From: Lingula anatina
Lineage: Eukaryota; Animalia; Brachiopoda
NCBI GenBank assembly: GCA_051362555.1
Contig: CM120644.1
Span: forward strand, 10,052,954 to 10,116,953
DNA: 64,000 bases
Direction of reading: 5' to 3'
A model generated the notes under the pieces. That model saw only the letters and a list, made by a program, of their open reading frames with translations, did no database searches and was not told the DNA's origin. This document shows positions 60,436 to 64,000 of the stretch, one piece after another. The translations under genes and the position numbers were made by a program. Position 1 is the stretch's first letter; each line of letters starts with the position of its first letter.

Positions 60436-61816
60436 AGTTTTGCGATAAAATAAAGGTCAAAAACTTTGTCTTAAAAACTCCTTTATTTCCCATGACAATA
60501 TACATTAAACGTGTAGACCCCCCAGAACAGTTTGTTTTGTTTTTTTTTACAACCTTCAAACTTTTAAAAACATGAAAAAGCATGTTACTTGTGATTTTTA
60601 AGGCACGGGACAGTACAATATTATTAAGGATCATTAAATACAAAAGGATTTGACTTCCACATTCTGTTTCCAGATCTAAGCCATTAGTGTCTTAAATTAG
60701 GCTATATTACAAAACAAAGCCGCAGTATATAAAATCAGATTACATAGCTAATTTTGAACTATTCTAACTTTACCAAACTAGTAAGGCACCAACAAAGGTT
60801 AGTTGGCTAACTGGTACAATTTCTTGATGTGGTATTATAAGCAATTAAACAAATCCAACTATTCCATTAGAGATAATAACCTGTGACAGAATGTTACAAA
60901 ATTAATATTCCAAAGCAAGAAAGTAGCCCTTTTAAAGTTCAGCTGAAAATGCCTAAAAACAAGTCTGAACAAAAATACATACAAACAAAAAAAAATTAAA
61001 AATACAAAACACTGGATATCATATGATTATTATGGCCCAACATATTCTCAACCAATGTCAAGCTGTATAACTACTGATACACAGTATCTTAACCTTTTAA
61101 ACAACACATATTTCTACCCTAATGTCTTAGTGTCTGATAAGTAACCTTGTCCTAATGAAATGCTTCACCTTATGAAGGTGTATGGCTAAACATGGAAATA
61201 CTGGAGAAGTATTACCTAAGTTTAACTGTTTGTAGACATTTATCCCAGTTTTGTTAACATATAACTTCATGGTATTTCAGCTAACTATTCCCACACAAAC
61301 ATAAGTAAAGATATCCTATCTGATGTTGCCACATATTAATACTCTAAGAATTCTAAATACTAGTACCTGCCTTCTTGGTAGAAAGATTAACAGATTCTAT
61401 AAGTCTGTGAGCGTTAAAAACATAAAAGAATAAGTCACTGGATTTCCTGTATGTTCAAGCAACTCTGTTGTCCAGTAAAATACAATTTTCAGAGAAAAAG
61501 TTTCAAAAATTGCTTTCATTATAAAAATGGCAACTCTACTGATATATATATATATATATGGAATGGCACAAGAGCAGCCTTCATTAATTATAACTATATA
61601 AACAACTAAAGGAAACTAGAGGATCAGAGAGGCGATACCGCCTCCAAATATTGTACCACCAGCTGGAGCAAACGCATTCGTATAGACCCCCACATACACA
61701 AAATAAGGGACACAGCCACCAGTTTTGTGCTTGACAAGCTGTAAAAATGCAATCAACAAGAATTTTTTAACTATTGCAAAAAATATATATGGTACAATCA
61801 AATTTAAGTTCTTCGT

Positions 61817-63535
61817 AAGGTAGGTCAAGGGTCAATTTCAAGGTGACAGTAAATTGCCAGTATATGACTTCCTATTCAAGTTCAAGAGTAACTATGGACC
61901 TATCTCTGTCAAGTTTGAAGTTAAAAGAGAATGAAATTAGCAGAGTTCAGTTCATGATAAAAAGTAGGTCAAAGGTCAATTTCAAGGTCACACTTAGATT
62001 GCCAGTATAGGACTTCCTATTCAACTTCAATAGTAACTATGGACCTATCTCAGCCAGTTTTGGAGATAAAAGGGAAGCAAAATTTGCAAAATTCCATTCA
62101 TGGTGAAAAGTAGGTCAAAGGTCAATTTCAAGGTCACATTTAGATTGCCAGTATATGACTTTCTATTCAAGTTCAATAGTAACTATGGACCTATCTCTGC
62201 CAGTTTTGGAGATAAAAGGGAAGCAAAATTTGCAAAGTTCAGTTTATGGTGAAAAGTAGGACAAAGGTCAATTTTAATGTCACATTTAGATTGCCAGTAT
62301 ATGACTTCCTATTCAAGTTCAATAGTAACTACGGACCTATCTCAGCCAGTTTTGGAGATAAAAGGAAAGCAAAATTTGCAAAATTCAGTTCATGGTGTAA
62401 AGTAGGTCAAAGGTCAATTTTAAGGTCACATTTAGATTGCCAGTATATGACTTCCTTTTCAAGTTCAATAGTAACTATGGACCTATCTCAGCCAGTTTTG
62501 GAGATAAAAGGGAAGCAAAATTTGCAAAATTCAGTTCATGGTGTAAAGTAGGTCAAAGGTCAATTTTAAGGTCACATTTAGATTGCCAGTATATGACTTC
62601 CTTTTCAAGTTCAATAGTAACTATGGACCTATCTCTGCCAGTTTTGGAGATAAAAGGACAGAAAAGTTTGCAAAGTTCAGTTCATGGTGAAAAGTAGGTC
62701 AAAGGTCAATTTCAAGGTCACATTTAGATTGCCAGTATATGACTTCCTATTCAAGTTCAATAGTAACTACGGACCTATCTCAGCCAGTTTTGGAGATAAA
62801 AGGAAAGCAAAATTTGCAAAATTCAGTTCATGGTGTAAAGTAGGTCAAAGGTCAATTTTAAGGTCACATTTAGATTGCCAGTATATGACTTCCTATTCAA
62901 CTTCAATAGTAACTATGGACCTATCTCTGCCAGTTTTTTGAGATAAAAGGGAAGAAAAATTTGCAAAGTTCAGTTCATGGTGAAAAGTAGGCCAAAGGTC
63001 AATTTTAAGGTCACATTTAGATTGCCAGTATATGACTTCCTATTCAAGTTCAATAGTAACTACGGACCTATCTCAGCCAGTTTTGGAGATAAAAGGAAAG
63101 CAAATTTTGCAAAATTCAGTTCATGGTGAAAAGTAGGTCAAAGGTCAATTTTAATGTCACATATAGATTGCCAGTATATGACTTCCTATTCAAGTTCAAT
63201 AGTAACTACGGACCTATCTCAGCCAGTTTTGGAGATAAAAAGAAAGCAAAATTTGCAAAATTCAGTTCATGGTGTAAAGTAGGTCAAAGGTCAATTTTAA
63301 GGTCACATTTAGATTGCCAGTATATGACTTCCTATTCAAGTTCAATAGTAACTACGGACCTATCTCTGCCAGTTTTGGAGATAAAAGGGAAGAAAAATTT
63401 GCAAAGTTCAGTTCATGGTGAAAAGTAGGTCAAAGGTCAATTTCAAGGTCATAGTAAGATTGCCAGTATATGACTTCCTATTCAACTTCAATAGTAACTA
63501 TGGACCTATCTCTGCCAGTTTTGGAGATATAAGGG
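61817..63535. repeat. 146-bp satellite-like tandem array (~12 units), possibly inside a non-autonomous Helitron/Helentron-like element
   Basis: Unit AAAGTAGGTCAAAGGTCAATTTCAAGGTCACATTTAGATTGCCAG...; starts at 61961, 62107 and 62253 give a 146-bp period. Element context is inference only. Confidence 0.9.
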
Positions 63536-64000
63536 ACTAGATGTTATAATTTTGGAGTTACCATAATGTGCCTTAAATTCCGTACAGAAAAAATTAATTA
63601 AAATAAAGAAAATGTCATTTTGGTCAAAATTCTTGAAATAGGAGGTGCTCTGAAGTTTCACAAGTTCAAATTTGATGAAATAATGTCATTTTTGAACATA
63701 AGTTGTCTGCTTTGCCAAGCCTTATGTTTTATTTTTCCAGAGTTCAAAATTTATTATCCATTACCGTACTGCACATTTTGCTTTTACCACCAATATGTAC
63801 TTTTTGATACAGCGTAACTCGAAAACCGTATGGAATACAAAAAAATGGAGACCACCTCCAGTGTTGGGCTTTACATGCTCTACAAAATGCAAAAAAGAAT
63901 GGGTGTCTAGCATTAACGGTTCCCGAATTAGAGACAATTTTCAGTTTTGATATCTTATGGCCGCTACTCCCGTGAAAATGCACCGATTGACCCCAAATTC

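Noticed and set aside
62246-63428. Repeated ORFs MVKSR..VNF..
   Set aside because: Produced by the 146-bp satellite; the period is not a multiple of 3.

Overview
AT-rich animal genomic DNA with GT-AG introns, microsatellites and many eukaryotic transposons; the repeat landscape suggests a marine invertebrate such as a mollusc or other lophotrochozoan (inference). Main content: (1) A birth-and-death family of small secreted-type, Cys-containing EF-hand proteins that I cannot assign to a named family. It has 7 copies at ~5, 7.4, 10.3, 11.3, 15.2, 17.2 and 34.1 kb (4 intact, 3 broken), an upstream-only remnant at ~42 kb, and a shared predicted 5'-UTR intron. (2) Between two outward-facing copies of that family lie two tandem 5-exon PhyH-type Fe(II)/2-oxoglutarate dioxygenase genes and a 2-exon class I SAM methyltransferase. 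(3) A full-length 6.5-kb L1/Tx1 LINE with a 16-bp TSD whose ORF2 has only one in-frame stop. (4) Three tandem GT10 alpha-1,3/4-fucosyltransferase genes in ~5.7-kb duplicated units, the third frameshifted. (5) A decayed ISL2EU/Harbinger element, DIRS, RTE, Tc1 and Rex-like fragments, several MITE families, and 44-, 74- and 146-bp tandem arrays. The best candidate for an undescribed system is the secreted EF-hand family, possibly functionally linked to the interleaved tailoring enzymes. All calls were made by eye; no database searches were run.
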